Source: Kiloniellales bacterium (GTDB lineage: Bacteria > Pseudomonadota > Alphaproteobacteria > Kiloniellales > JAKSDN01). Taken from it: a DNA stretch of 50,239 nucleotides. How positions within the stretch are numbered: position 1 is the first letter of the stretch; each line of letters starts with the position of its first letter. Positions 9,910 to 19,775 of this stretch are shown in pieces. The stretch is from positions 1 to 50,239 of the forward strand of contig JBHJOF010000052.1 in NCBI GenBank assembly GCA_050330055.1, written 5' to 3'. The notes under the pieces were generated by a model, which ran no database searches, was not told the DNA's origin, and saw only the letters and a program-made list of their open reading frames with translations. The translations under genes were made by a program, and so were the position numbers.

Positions 9910-11447
9910 GGCCGGCGTTCCCGCTCGATGGTGGCTTGCATTCCCAACACCGCCGTGACGTAGGCTTCCCTGGCCGATAGCTCCTGCGCCGTGGCCCGCG
10001 CGTATCCGGCGATGGGTGCGGCCGCCAGCGTCAGAACAGGCGTCACGGCGACCATCAGTATCAGCGCCAGCGACAGGCCTTTGGCCCGCGGCGGCGCTGT
10101 CCCGGCCGGAGGGCCCGCCTTCTCCGCCGGGCCTGGCTCCCAGAAGAAGGCGCTGGCCGCCCGCGCCAGCACGAGGGCCACGACGAGGCCGGAGACAAGC
10201 AACGCGCCCCACGCGGCGGGTGCCGTCACGGTCGCCGCGAGGGACTGCATGACCATCAGCTTGCCGAGCAGGCCGGAAAGCGGCGGCGCGCCGCTTGCCG
10301 CTATCGCCAGCAGGAGGTAGGCCGCGCCGAGGGTCACCAGGCTGGCCAGCCGGGGGCCCTTCTCCAGTTCATCGGCAAGCGCGCCACGCTGCCGCGAAAG
10401 CGCATCGACCAACAGGAACAGGGCGGCCGTGATGACCGTCGTGTGCACCAGGTAGTAGAGCGCGGCCGTCATCGCCTCGACGCTCAAGGCGGCGACGCCG
10501 AGCAGCAGCGTTCCGCTCGAGATCAGCACCAGGTTGGCGACGATCATCGAAAGGCGATCGGCGGCGAGCGCGCCGACGGTGCCGACGGCGATGGTGGCAA
10601 CCGCCAGCCACGGCAGCCAGGGCTGCAGCAGGTCCGCCGTGAAGGGCGCTGCGGCAAAGCCGACCGTGGAGACGCGCAACAAGGCATAGATGCCCACCTT
10701 GGTCATTATCACGAACAGGACCGCCACGGGCAGGCAGGCCGCCGTGTAGGCATGCGGAAGCCAGAAGCCGAGCGGCAGCAGCGCGGCCTTCAGCAGAAAG
10801 ACCGCCACCAGCAGCGCCGCCGCTGTCCTGACCAGCGCCTGGTCCTGCGAGGCGACAAGCGGCAAGATCGTCGCCATGTCCGCCATGTTGAGGGTGCCCA
10901 ACGTGCCGTACAACAGGCCGAGCGCAATGAGAAAGAGCGCCGAGCCGACGAGGTTCAGGATCACGTAGGCAAGCCCGGCGCGAACCCGCGCAAGTCCGCC
11001 CCCATGCAGCAGCAGACCGTAGGAGGCAAGCAGCAGGATCTCGAAAAAGACGAAAAGATTGAACAGATCGCCCGTAAGGAACGCGCCGTTCAGCCCTGCT
11101 ATCTGGAATTGGAGCAGAGCGTGGAAGTGGCGTCCCCGCGTGTCCGCTCCTGACGTCGCTGCCAGTACGACTGGCAGCGCCAACATGGCGGTCAAGGTGA
11201 CCATGAGCGCCGCGAGCCGGTCCAGCACGAGCACGATGCCATAGGGAGCCGGCCAGTCGCCGAGCCGGTAGACCTGGATTGTGCCATCGCTCGCCGACAG
11301 CAGCAGGGCAGCGGCTACTGCCGCGAGGGCCAGAACCGAGAGCAGCGAGACGATGCGCCTGCCCGCGTTGTCGATGCCGTGCAGGACAAGCAGCAGCACC
11401 GCGGCGCCGAGAGGGATCAGGACGGGAAGGGCGGGCAGGTGGCTCAT
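9906..11447 (-). CDS. mrpD: Mrp/Pha antiporter subunit D
   Basis: LTGDLFNLFVFFEILLLASY and LKAALLPLGFWLPHAY motifs; NuoM/N-like TM bundle. Confidence 0.95.
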   Translation of the reverse strand: MSHLPALPVLIPLGAAVLLLVLHGIDNAGRRIVSLLSVLALAAVAAALLLSASDGTIQVYRLGDWPAPYGIVLVLDRLAALMVTLTAMLALPVVLAATSGADTRGRHFHALLQFQIAGLNGAFLTGDLFNLFVFFEILLLASYGLLLHGGGLARVRAGLAYVILNLVGSALFLIALGLLYGTLGTLNMADMATILPLVASQDQALVRTAAALLVAVFLLKAALLPLGFWLPHAYTAACLPVAVLFVIMTKVGIYALLRVSTVGFAAAPFTADLLQPWLPWLAVATIAVGTVGALAADRLSMIVANLVLISSGTLLLGVAALSVEAMTAALYYLVHTTVITAALFLLVDALSRQRGALADELEKGPRLASLVTLGAAYLLLAIAASGAPPLSGLLGKLMVMQSLAATVTAPAAWGALLVSGLVVALVLARAASAFFWEPGPAEKAGPPAGTAPPRAKGLSLALILMVAVTPVLTLAAAPIAGYARATAQELSAREAYVTAVLGMQATIERERRP

Positions 11448-11773
11448 CGGTCCTCCCCCGTATCGACGTGGTCCGTGCCGCTCTCGCCCTTCGCGCGCAA
11501 TGCCAAGGCGACGAGGTAGGCGGTCATGCCAAAGCCGATGACGATCGCCGTCAGCACGAGAGCCTGCGGCAGCGGATCGGCATGGCCGTCCAATCCGGGA
11601 AGCATCAGCGGCGGCGCCGTCGCATCGAGCCGTCCGCCGAAGAAGATCAGCGCATTGACCGCATAGGACAGGAGCGTGAGTCCGAGCACGACCGAGAAGG
11701 TGGACGGCCTCAGGACAAGGTAGAGGCCGCAGGCGGACAGCACACCAAGGCCAAGCGAAACCAGCGCCTCCAT
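11444..11773 (-). CDS. mrpC: Mrp/Pha antiporter subunit C
   Basis: Start ATG 11773 (MEALVSLGLG); ADPLPQALVLTAIVIGFG motif. Confidence 0.95.
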   Translation of the reverse strand: MEALVSLGLGVLSACGLYLVLRPSTFSVVLGLTLLSYAVNALIFFGGRLDATAPPLMLPGLDGHADPLPQALVLTAIVIGFGMTAYLVALALRAKGESGTDHVDTGEDR

Positions 11774-11778
11774 GTCAC

Positions 11779-14595
11779 CTAGACCCCCGCCTTTGTGGTT
11801 TGCGTTGACGTCTTCTCGCGTCGGCTCAAGCTGCCGAGCTCGGAGAGCGCCAGCAGGATGCTTGCCACCACGACCAGGAACACGCCGAGATCGAAGGCCA
11901 TCGCCGAGGCCAGCTCGAACTTCTCGATCACCGGCGGATGGACATAGCCGAAGGTGCTGGTGAGGAAGGGATAGCCCAGAAGCCAGCTCGCCAGCCCCGT
12001 GGCCGTGGCGACGCCCAGGCCCAATCCGAGCACGCGGACGTAGTCGACCCTCAGCCGCGCGGTTGCGAAGTCGATGCCGCTGGCCAGGTACTGCAGCATC
12101 AGCGCGACGGCGGCGATGAGGCCGGCGATGAAGCCGCCGCCTGGCAGATTGTGCCCTCGGAGAAAGATGTAGACGGCGACGGCAAGCGCCAGCGGCAGCA
12201 GCGGGCGCATGAGCTCGGCCAGCATGACCGGATGGCGGTCCGCCTCTCTCCGGGCACGGTGGGCATAGGGCGTGAGGCGCAGACCGTCCAGCAGCGCATT
12301 CAAGCCCAGCGCGGCCATGGCCAGCACGCCGATCTCGCCGAGCGTGTCGAAGCCCCGGAAGTCGACGAGAATTACGTTGACCACGTTGCTGCCGCCGCCG
12401 CCCGGTACGGAATTGGCGAGGTGAAAGCCGGAGATCGTCTCGAACGGCCGCGTCAACATGGCGAAGGCTAGCGCTGCGACGCCGGCGCCGCCGAGCAGGG
12501 CGAGGCCAGCATCGCGCGACTTTCGGGCGGGCGAGCTTCGCGGCCTCGCCTCGCCGGGCAGAAAACGCAGCGCTAGGAGCAGGAGAACGATCGTCACCAC
12601 CTCGACGGAGAGCTGAGTCAGTGCGAGGTCCGGCGCCTTGAAGCGAATGAACGCGAGGGCGACGACAAGCCCGACGACGCTCATGAAGACGACGGCCACA
12701 AGCCGCTGGCGACGATAGGCGACCGTGCCGGCGGCACCGACAACGAGGGCGACGAAGGCCACGAGGCTCGTCGCGTCCGGCATTGTGGCCTCGAGCGGGC
12801 CTGCCAGCTGTCCTGCCTGGACGCTCCACCAGGTCCACCCGCCGTACAGCAGAACGAACGCGAGCAGCAGGCTTAGGTAGCGCTGCAGTGAGCGGTTGTC
12901 GATGGCTTGCATGAGCCTGGCCGACCAGCGACCGGCCTCACGATAGACGCGCTCGAACGCAACCGGGCTCGAGATCTTCGGCACATAGCGCTCGTGCAGA
13001 TCGAACAGATGATGGCGGCGCCAGTAGTGCGTGAGTCCTAAGCCGAAGGCGGCGATGCTCATTGTCAAAGGCAGGTTCCAGCCGTGCCAGACCGCGAGCT
13101 TGAAGTCCGGCAAGGGCCCGGCCAGCACGCTCTCCGCCGCGGTCTCGAGGATGGCTCTGACAGACAGCTGCGGCACGAAGCCTACAAGCAACACCAAGAC
13201 AACCAGAACCTCGACCGGAAGCCGCATCCAGCGCGGCGGCTCATGCGGCGTTCGCGGCAGGTCGACCGGCTCGCCATTGAAGAAGACGTCGTGCACGAAG
13301 CGTACCGAGTAGGCGACGGAAAGCATGCCGGCAATGGTCGCGAAGGCTGGCAGGAGCCAGGTCGTATAGCCCTGAAAGGCGGGATGCCCGACCGTCTCCG
13401 TGAAGAACATCTCCTTCGACAGGAATCCATTGAGGAGCGGCACGCCGGCCATTGAGCCGGCGGCCAGCATCGCCAGCGTCCCGGTCCAAGGCATGTACTT
13501 GAACAAACCGTTGATCCGCCGCATGTCGCGCGTTCCGCATTCGTGATCGATTATGCCGGCCGCCATGAACAATGAGGCCTTGAAGATGGCGTGATTGATG
13601 ATGTGGAACACCGCGGCGACGGCGCTCAAGGAGGTGTCGAGACCGAAGAGCAGCGTGATGAGCCCCAGGTGGCTTATGGTCGAGTAGGCGAGCAAGCTTT
13701 TGAAATCGTGCCGCAGCAGCGCGATATAGGCCCCGTAGGCGAAGGTGACGGCTCCTGTCGTGCCCACCAGAAGAAGCCACAGCTCGGTGCCCGATAGCAC
13801 GGGATAGAGACGCGCGAGCAGGAATACGCCGGCCTTCACCATCGTCGCCGAGTGAAGATAGGCGGATACCGGCGTCGGCGCCGCCATGGCGATCGGCAGC
13901 CAGAAGTGAAAGGGGAACTGGGCCGACTTGGTGAAGGCTCCGAGCAGGATCAAGACCAGCATGAGCGGATAGAGCGGGTGTTCGCGGATGGCGTCGCCGC
14001 GCTGCAGGATCTCGCTGAGCTCGAAGCTGTCCGCGATATGCCCAAGCAGCAGGAAGCCGGCCAGTAGCGCGAGCCCGCCTGCGCCTGTGACGGCAAGTGC
14101 CATGCGCGCGGCAATGCGGGCGTCATGCGCCTCGTACTTGTAAGCGATCAGCAGGAACGAGGTGAGGCTCGTCACCTCCCAGAACACGAGCATCAGGATC
14201 AGGTTCTCGGCCAGCACGACGCCGAGCATGCCGCCGGCGAATGCCAGCAACAGCGCGTAAAAGCGCCCGAGGCGGTCGTGTTCGGGCAGGTAGTAGGCCG
14301 CATAGAGGACGATGAGCAGCCCGATGCCCAGAATCAGAAGCGCAAACAGCAGCCCGAGACCGTCCAGTCTCAGCGCGAGGTCGAGGCCCCATTCGGGCAG
14401 CCAGGAGAGGTGGACGACAAGCGCATCCCCGGCCAGCACGCCTGGTATCAGGGGCGCCAGCAGCGCCAGCCCCACGAGCTTGGCCGCCGCCGCAGCGTAG
14501 GCGGCGGCCGCTCTCTTCCATCGCGCCGCAATCGCGACCACCGGTGCGGCGACGAAAGGTAGTAGCAGGAGTGTGACTAGTAACGCAGAGTCCAT
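11779..14595 (-). CDS. mrpA: Mrp/Pha antiporter fused subunit A/B (group 2)
   Basis: FTKSAQFPFHFWLP, PTPVSAYLHSATMVKAG, DFRGFDTLGE, and the MrpB motif RGHNLPGGGFIAGL, all in one 938-aa ORF. Confidence 0.96.
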   Translation of the reverse strand: MDSALLVTLLLLPFVAAPVVAIAARWKRAAAAYAAAAAKLVGLALLAPLIPGVLAGDALVVHLSWLPEWGLDLALRLDGLGLLFALLILGIGLLIVLYAAYYLPEHDRLGRFYALLLAFAGGMLGVVLAENLILMLVFWEVTSLTSFLLIAYKYEAHDARIAARMALAVTGAGGLALLAGFLLLGHIADSFELSEILQRGDAIREHPLYPLMLVLILLGAFTKSAQFPFHFWLPIAMAAPTPVSAYLHSATMVKAGVFLLARLYPVLSGTELWLLLVGTTGAVTFAYGAYIALLRHDFKSLLAYSTISHLGLITLLFGLDTSLSAVAAVFHIINHAIFKASLFMAAGIIDHECGTRDMRRINGLFKYMPWTGTLAMLAAGSMAGVPLLNGFLSKEMFFTETVGHPAFQGYTTWLLPAFATIAGMLSVAYSVRFVHDVFFNGEPVDLPRTPHEPPRWMRLPVEVLVVLVLLVGFVPQLSVRAILETAAESVLAGPLPDFKLAVWHGWNLPLTMSIAAFGLGLTHYWRRHHLFDLHERYVPKISSPVAFERVYREAGRWSARLMQAIDNRSLQRYLSLLLAFVLLYGGWTWWSVQAGQLAGPLEATMPDATSLVAFVALVVGAAGTVAYRRQRLVAVVFMSVVGLVVALAFIRFKAPDLALTQLSVEVVTIVLLLLALRFLPGEARPRSSPARKSRDAGLALLGGAGVAALAFAMLTRPFETISGFHLANSVPGGGGSNVVNVILVDFRGFDTLGEIGVLAMAALGLNALLDGLRLTPYAHRARREADRHPVMLAELMRPLLPLALAVAVYIFLRGHNLPGGGFIAGLIAAVALMLQYLASGIDFATARLRVDYVRVLGLGLGVATATGLASWLLGYPFLTSTFGYVHPPVIEKFELASAMAFDLGVFLVVVASILLALSELGSLSRREKTSTQTTKAGV

Positions 14596-15329
14596 GATCA
14601 GCCCCGAAGAGCGCCTCCCACGACGTTCAACGCACGCTCCCTTGTCTGCCGCGTCTGACGAGGGACAGAGTATGTCTTTGGCACATCGGAGCCCCCCGCA
14701 GCGTCAGGCGACCTCACCAGGACAAGGTCCGCCGGGTGACAGTCGCATCGTGGATGGGCATGATCGCGTCGTCGCCCGAGACCCGGCCAGACGATACCGG
14801 CGCATCGACGCTCGCCACCCTGAACGAATCCTGTATTAGAACATTTCGAATCGGGGTGAGACCATCTTGCAATCGATGGCGTCATGTCCGTTGCTCGATC
14901 CGACTGCCGTGGGCGTGCGCCAGCTTGGCCGGCCAGTGGCCGACCTCTGCCAGGGATTGGGCTGAGCTGCTTCCCCAGCCCCGGGACATCGGGCTGCAGA
15001 GTTTTCCAGAGGAGGTCGTTCGATGAGGCGTGGCGATGAGGCGTGGATTTGCGGGGCAGCGGATCATCGGGATCCAGTGCGAGCCGGGGGCCGGGTCGAC
15101 CGGCTGGCTCTCCGTGGCTTCAGGCATCCGCAACGGCCCTCACTTGTGCCCCAGCACGCCGACTCCCGCTTTCCGCCAGCCGCAAGAATCGCTGATTACG
15201 GTCCCCCTGTAGCATCAGCCGGTCGCTGAGCCGGTCTGGGCAATGGACTGTCGGACCGGGCCGGCCCGCAGGGGCGGGAAAGCGACCGCTTCCTCGGACG
15301 CCCGCTCCTCGGGAGGCTGGCCGGGGCTC

Positions 15330-15395
15330 TTGACGGGCAGCCGCCGCCCCGATAGGGTGGTGAACAAATTCGCATTAAGCGAACAAATGAACAAA
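15330..15395 (+). promoter_or_regulatory. Putative sigma70 promoter and operator of the polyol operon
   Basis: TTGACG (15330-35), 17-nt spacer, TAGGGT (15353-58). Immediately downstream are three GAACAAA copies (15362, 15381, 15389) and TTCGC-N5-GCGAA (15369-83), in an AT-rich patch upstream of the SorC-type regulator. Confidence 0.6.
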
Positions 15396-15412
15396 ATCGA
15401 GGTAGGGAGACC

Positions 15413-16366
15413 ATGCACGGCCTCGTGCAGCCCGATGGGGACCTGTCCGTACGGGCGGCCTGGCTCTCGCTGGCCGGGGGCCTGACCCAGGAGCAGATCG
15501 CCGAGCGACTCGGCGTCTCGCGCGTCAAGGTGGCGCGCCTGATCGCGCGGGCCCAGCGCGAGGGCCGCATCAAGGTCTTCGTCGAGGGCTCCGTCACCGC
15601 CTGCCTGGAGCTGGAAGACAGCCTCTGCGCGCGTTTCGGCCTGAGCGGCTGCCACGTCGCGCCCAGCATCGACGACGATCCCCTGCCGTTGCGCGTGCTG
15701 GGACCGGCCGGCGCCCAGGCCCTGCAGCAGGTGCTCGAGCGCGAGGAGATCACCGTGATCGGCGTCGGCCACGGCCGCACCCTGGCGGCCGCGGTGCAGG
15801 CGCTGCCCTGGACCAGCCGGCCCGACCTCCGCTTCGTCGCCCTGCTCGGCAGCCTGACCCGCTCGGCCGCCACCAATCCCTTCGATGTGATCGCCCGCCT
15901 GGCCGACAAGAGCGGCGGCACCGGCTACTACATGCCGGCGCCCTTCCGCTGCGACAGCGAGGAGGACCGGGCCGTCTTCCTCGGCCAGCGCACCCTGCGC
16001 CAGGTCTTCGACCTGGCCCGGCTCGCCCAGGTCATGGTGGTCGGCGTCGGCGCGGTGCAGCGCGACTCGCACATGGTGCAGAGCGACGTGCTGACCGCCG
16101 AGGAGCACGACGAGGTGGTGCGCTGCGGCGCCTGCGGCGAGCTGCTCGGCACCTTCATCGACGCCGACGGGCGGCCGGTCGACACCCAGGTCAACCAGCG
16201 CTGTATCGCTCTGCCGCTGGAGAGCCTGGCCGGCAAGGAGGTGATTCTGCTGGCCGGCGGCCATGGCAAGGCCCGCGCGGCACGCTCGGCGCTCAAGACC
16301 GGGCTGATCAGGCAGTTGATTACCGACGAGGCCACCGCACGGAGGATCGTCGAACTAGGCGTGTAA
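15413..16366 (+). CDS. SorC/DeoR-type sugar-binding transcriptional regulator (EryD-like)
   Basis: N-terminal HTH (LTQEQIAERLGVSRVKVARLI) and C-terminal sugar-binding domain (IGVGHGRTL, LITDEATA). Heads the polyol operon. Confidence 0.9.
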   Translation: MHGLVQPDGDLSVRAAWLSLAGGLTQEQIAERLGVSRVKVARLIARAQREGRIKVFVEGSVTACLELEDSLCARFGLSGCHVAPSIDDDPLPLRVLGPAGAQALQQVLEREEITVIGVGHGRTLAAAVQALPWTSRPDLRFVALLGSLTRSAATNPFDVIARLADKSGGTGYYMPAPFRCDSEEDRAVFLGQRTLRQVFDLARLAQVMVVGVGAVQRDSHMVQSDVLTAEEHDEVVRCGACGELLGTFIDADGRPVDTQVNQRCIALPLESLAGKEVILLAGGHGKARAARSALKTGLIRQLITDEATARRIVELGV

Positions 16367-16412
16367 CGGACGCCGCGAACGGCGGACCATAAGCAAAAGA
16401 GGGAGGAGCCCA

Positions 16413-17840
16413 ATGTACGAAAAGGAAAAGGATCTGGCACAGGCGGTCGTCGAGCGGCGCATGAGCCGGCGCGACTTCATCGACCGCATGACGGCGCTCG
16501 GCGTCGGCGCGGTCGCCGCCAATTTCCTGCTCAACAGCGCTTCGACCAGGGCGCTGGCGGCCGACCACGACTGGCAGAAGCACGCCGGCAAGACAGTGAC
16601 CCTGCTGCTCAACAAGCATCCCTACACCGACGCCATGATCGCCAACCTGGACAACTTCAAGACGCTGACCGGCATGGAGGTGAAGTACGACGTCTTTCCC
16701 GAGGACGTCTACTTCGACAAGGTCACCGCGGCGCTCTCGTCCAGGTCGACGCAGTACGATGCCTTCATGACCGGCGCCTATCAGACTTGGCAGTACGGCC
16801 CGGCCGGCTGGCTGGTCGATATGAACGAGTACATTGCGACCGCCGCGCCCAACTACAATTGGGACGACGTGCTGCCCAACCTGCGCGCCTCGACCGCCTG
16901 GTCCGGGGTGCCGGGAGCCGCATTGGGCGGCGAGGGCGCCAAGCAGTGGGCTATGCCCTGGGGCTTCGAGCTCAACTCGGTCGCCTACAACAAACCGCTA
17001 TTCGACCAGCTCGGCATGAGCCCGCCGGAGCACCTGCCCGACATGAAGGACAAGGCCGCCCGCATCACCAAGGACGCCGGCGGCAAGTACGGCATCGGCG
17101 TGCGCGGCTCGCGCTCCTGGGCGACCATCCACCCGGGCTATCTCTCGGGCTTCGTCAACTACGGCGCCAGCGACTTCGTGATGGAGGACGGCAAGCTCGC
17201 CGCCGCCATGAACAGTGCCGAGGGCAAGGCCTTCACCCAGCTCTGGGTCGAGATGATCAAGGAGTCGGGGCCGAGGAACTGGTCGACCTACACCTGGTAC
17301 GAGGTCGGCAACGACCTGGGTGCCGGCGCCTCGGGCATGATCTTCGATGCCGACATCCTGGGCTATTTCATGAACGGCGGCACCAAGGAAGCGGGCAACA
17401 TCGCCTATGCCGCCTTCGCCGCCAACCCGGACGCCACCGAGCCGACGCCGAATGTCTGGATCTGGTCGCTCGCCATGAACAACTTCTCGAATCAGAAGGA
17501 GGCGGCTTGGTACTGGATGCAGTGGGCCACCGGCACCGAGCACGGCCTGTTCGGCGCCCAGAAGATGGACTTCGTCAACCCGGTCCGCCAGTCGGTCTGG
17601 GACGACGAGGTCTTCCGCGACCGCATCGCCAAGAGCTATCCGGGCTACCTGGAGCAGTACGAGGCCTCGGCGCCGGGCTCCAAGATCTATTTCACGCCGC
17701 AGCCCTTGTTCTTTAACCTGACCACCGAGTGGGCGGCATCCCTGCAGAAGATGGTGGCCGACGAGGTGGCGGTCGACGAAGGCCTCGATCAGCTTGCCGA
17801 AAGCGTGAACCGGCAGCTCAAGGGCGCCGGTCTGCGCTGA
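16413..17840 (+). CDS. Polyol/sugar ABC transporter substrate-binding protein with Tat signal (MptA-like)
   Basis: GAGGAG RBS; twin-arginine motif SRRDFI followed by a hydrophobic stretch and ALA; CUT1 SBP features. Resembles the rhizobial multiple-polyol transporter SBP. Confidence 0.88.
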   Translation: MYEKEKDLAQAVVERRMSRRDFIDRMTALGVGAVAANFLLNSASTRALAADHDWQKHAGKTVTLLLNKHPYTDAMIANLDNFKTLTGMEVKYDVFPEDVYFDKVTAALSSRSTQYDAFMTGAYQTWQYGPAGWLVDMNEYIATAAPNYNWDDVLPNLRASTAWSGVPGAALGGEGAKQWAMPWGFELNSVAYNKPLFDQLGMSPPEHLPDMKDKAARITKDAGGKYGIGVRGSRSWATIHPGYLSGFVNYGASDFVMEDGKLAAAMNSAEGKAFTQLWVEMIKESGPRNWSTYTWYEVGNDLGAGASGMIFDADILGYFMNGGTKEAGNIAYAAFAANPDATEPTPNVWIWSLAMNNFSNQKEAAWYWMQWATGTEHGLFGAQKMDFVNPVRQSVWDDEVFRDRIAKSYPGYLEQYEASAPGSKIYFTPQPLFFNLTTEWAASLQKMVADEVAVDEGLDQLAESVNRQLKGAGLR

Positions 17841-17850
17841 TCGAATGGCC

Positions 17851-17893
17851 GGACGGCCCGTGGCCCCCGTCCCGCGGGCCGTCCCCCTTCTTT
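17851..17893 (+). terminator. Stem-loop after the SBP gene (partial terminator or mRNA stabiliser)
   Basis: GGACGGCCCG...CGGGCCGTCC inverted repeat followed by CCCTTCTTT. Confidence 0.6.
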
Positions 17894-17954
17894 GTCGTTA
17901 TAGTCCTTGCCGCCGGACTCATCGCGAAGGACGCGCGGCGGAACCGGGGTTGAG

Positions 17955-18908
17955 ATGAGCGCGGTCGAACGGCAAACGGCTCTGGCCGGGACGGGCCTGG
18001 CGCTGGCGCATCCGCTGCGCCGGCGCGGGTTGCCGCGCCGGGCACTGCCCTATCTGCTTAGCCTGCCGGCGCTGCTGGTGACCATCGGCATCCTGATTCC
18101 CTTCGGCACCGCCGTCTACTACTCGCTGCAGCGCTACAACCTGGCCTTTCCCTTCACGCGCGGCTTCATCTGGTTCGATAACTACCAGGACTTCCTCAGC
18201 GACCCGGCGTTCTGGAACACGGTCCAGGTCTCGCTGCTCTACACCCTGCTGACAGTCGGCGCCGAGTTGCTGCTCGGCCTGGCCATCGCCCTGCTGCTGC
18301 GCGAACGCAGCCTGATGAACGACGTTCTCAGCGTGCTTCTGATCCTGCCGTTGATGACCGCGCCGGCGATCGCCGCGCTGATGTGGAAGCTGATGACCAA
18401 CCCGAACTTCGGGGTGCTCAGCTACCTGGTCGGCCTGGTCGGCCTGACCGATTTCCGCTGGGCCTCGGACCCGAGCACGGCGCTGTTCACCGTGGTGCTG
18501 GTCGACGTCTGGGTCTACACGCCTTTCATGATGATTCTGCTGCTGGCCGGCCTGCGCTCGCTGCCGCGCCAGCCCTTCGAGGCGGCCGAGCTGGACGGCG
18601 TGCCGGCGAGCTTCGTCTTTTTCCGCATCACCCTGCCGATGCTGACGCCCTACATCATCACCGCGAGCCTGTTCCGCATGCTGGATGCGATCCAGCAGTT
18701 CGACATCATCTACGCCATGACCCAGGGCGGCCCGGGCGACCGCCTGATGGTGTTCCAGGTGCAGGCTTATCTCGAGGCCTTCACCTTCACCAATATCGGG
18801 CGTTCGGCTGCCTTCCTGATGGTGCTCTGGGCCATCACCTTCGTGCTCTCCAACATCTTCATCAAGCAGTGGCTCAAGCTGCGCGAACGCACCCATGGGC
18901 AGGCGTGA
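17955..18908 (+). CDS. CUT1 ABC permease (MalF-like)
   Basis: EAA loop (FEAAELDG), FDIIYAMTQGGPG and 6 TM segments. Start at ATG 17955. Confidence 0.92.
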   Translation: MSAVERQTALAGTGLALAHPLRRRGLPRRALPYLLSLPALLVTIGILIPFGTAVYYSLQRYNLAFPFTRGFIWFDNYQDFLSDPAFWNTVQVSLLYTLLTVGAELLLGLAIALLLRERSLMNDVLSVLLILPLMTAPAIAALMWKLMTNPNFGVLSYLVGLVGLTDFRWASDPSTALFTVVLVDVWVYTPFMMILLLAGLRSLPRQPFEAAELDGVPASFVFFRITLPMLTPYIITASLFRMLDAIQQFDIIYAMTQGGPGDRLMVFQVQAYLEAFTFTNIGRSAAFLMVLWAITFVLSNIFIKQWLKLRERTHGQA

Positions 18909-18913
18909 CGGGC

Positions 18914-19771
18914 ATGCGGCGCAGTCCCACCCTGGTCAGGCTGTTGCGAAACGTCGCCCTGACGCTGATCTGCCTGTTCTTCCTGTTCCCGATTTTCTGG
19001 GTCGTTCTCATGTCGTTCCAGACCAACGAGGACATCCTGCGCGTGCCGCCCAGCCTGTTCTTCGGGCCGACCCTCGACAACTACCGGGCGCTGATCGCCG
19101 GCGAGCTGACAGGGGCGGGCTCGACCCTCGAGCTCGCCTACATGAAGAACCTCTGGAACAGCCTGGTGCTGTCGAGCTGCTCGGTGCTGCTGTCGTTGCT
19201 GCTCGGCGTGCCGGCCGCTTATGCCTTCGCGCGCTACAGGTTCCGGCTCGGCGAGAACATCGCCTTCACGCTGCTGTCGTTCCGCTTCGCGCCGCCGCTC
19301 CTGGTGCTGCTGCCGCTGCTGCTCTACTTCCAGGAGCTCGGGCTCTACGACACCTACTTCGGGCTGATCTGGGTCTATCAGCTCATCACCCTGCCGCTGA
19401 TCCTCTGGATCGTTCGCGGCTACTTCGAGGACGTGAGCCCCGACATCGAGCACGCCTACCGGATCGACGGCCATGGCTGGCTGCGCAGCTTCCTCAGGAT
19501 CGCCGTGCCGCTCGCCCGGCCGGGCATCGCCGCGGCGGCGCTGCTCGCCTTCATCTTCGCCTGGAACAACTTCGTCTTCGCCCTGATCCTCGGCTCCTCC
19601 GACATCCAGCCGGTCACCGTCGGAGCGCTCGCCTTCGTCACCGCCTCCGGTATCCAGTACGGCCAGATCGCCGCCGGCCTGGTGCTGTCGATCATCCCGA
19701 CCTTCCTGCTGGCGCTGGTCATGCAGCGCTATCTGGTGGAAGGCCTGTCGCTCGGCGCGGTCAAGGGCTAG
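18914..19771 (+). CDS. CUT1 ABC permease (MalG-like)
   Basis: Start ATG 18914 (MRRSPTL); IEHAYRIDG EAA-loop variant, FIFAWNNF and QRYLVEGLSLGAVKG. Confidence 0.92.
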   Translation: MRRSPTLVRLLRNVALTLICLFFLFPIFWVVLMSFQTNEDILRVPPSLFFGPTLDNYRALIAGELTGAGSTLELAYMKNLWNSLVLSSCSVLLSLLLGVPAAYAFARYRFRLGENIAFTLLSFRFAPPLLVLLPLLLYFQELGLYDTYFGLIWVYQLITLPLILWIVRGYFEDVSPDIEHAYRIDGHGWLRSFLRIAVPLARPGIAAAALLAFIFAWNNFVFALILGSSDIQPVTVGALAFVTASGIQYGQIAAGLVLSIIPTFLLALVMQRYLVEGLSLGAVKG

Positions 19772-19775
19772 GGCC

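Noticed and set aside
11774-12838. Long N-terminal extension of the mrpC ORF (similar extensions on mrpE, permease 2, eryA, the dehydrogenase and RidA)
   Set aside because: Off-frame overlap with the upstream genes. Internal ATGs give normal-length proteins.
4233-14900. FNR/FixK boxes (TTGA-N6-TCAA), expected for an ADH/P-type ATPase/baeRF hypoxia-like gene set
   Set aside because: No convincing match seen by eye in the intergenic regions.
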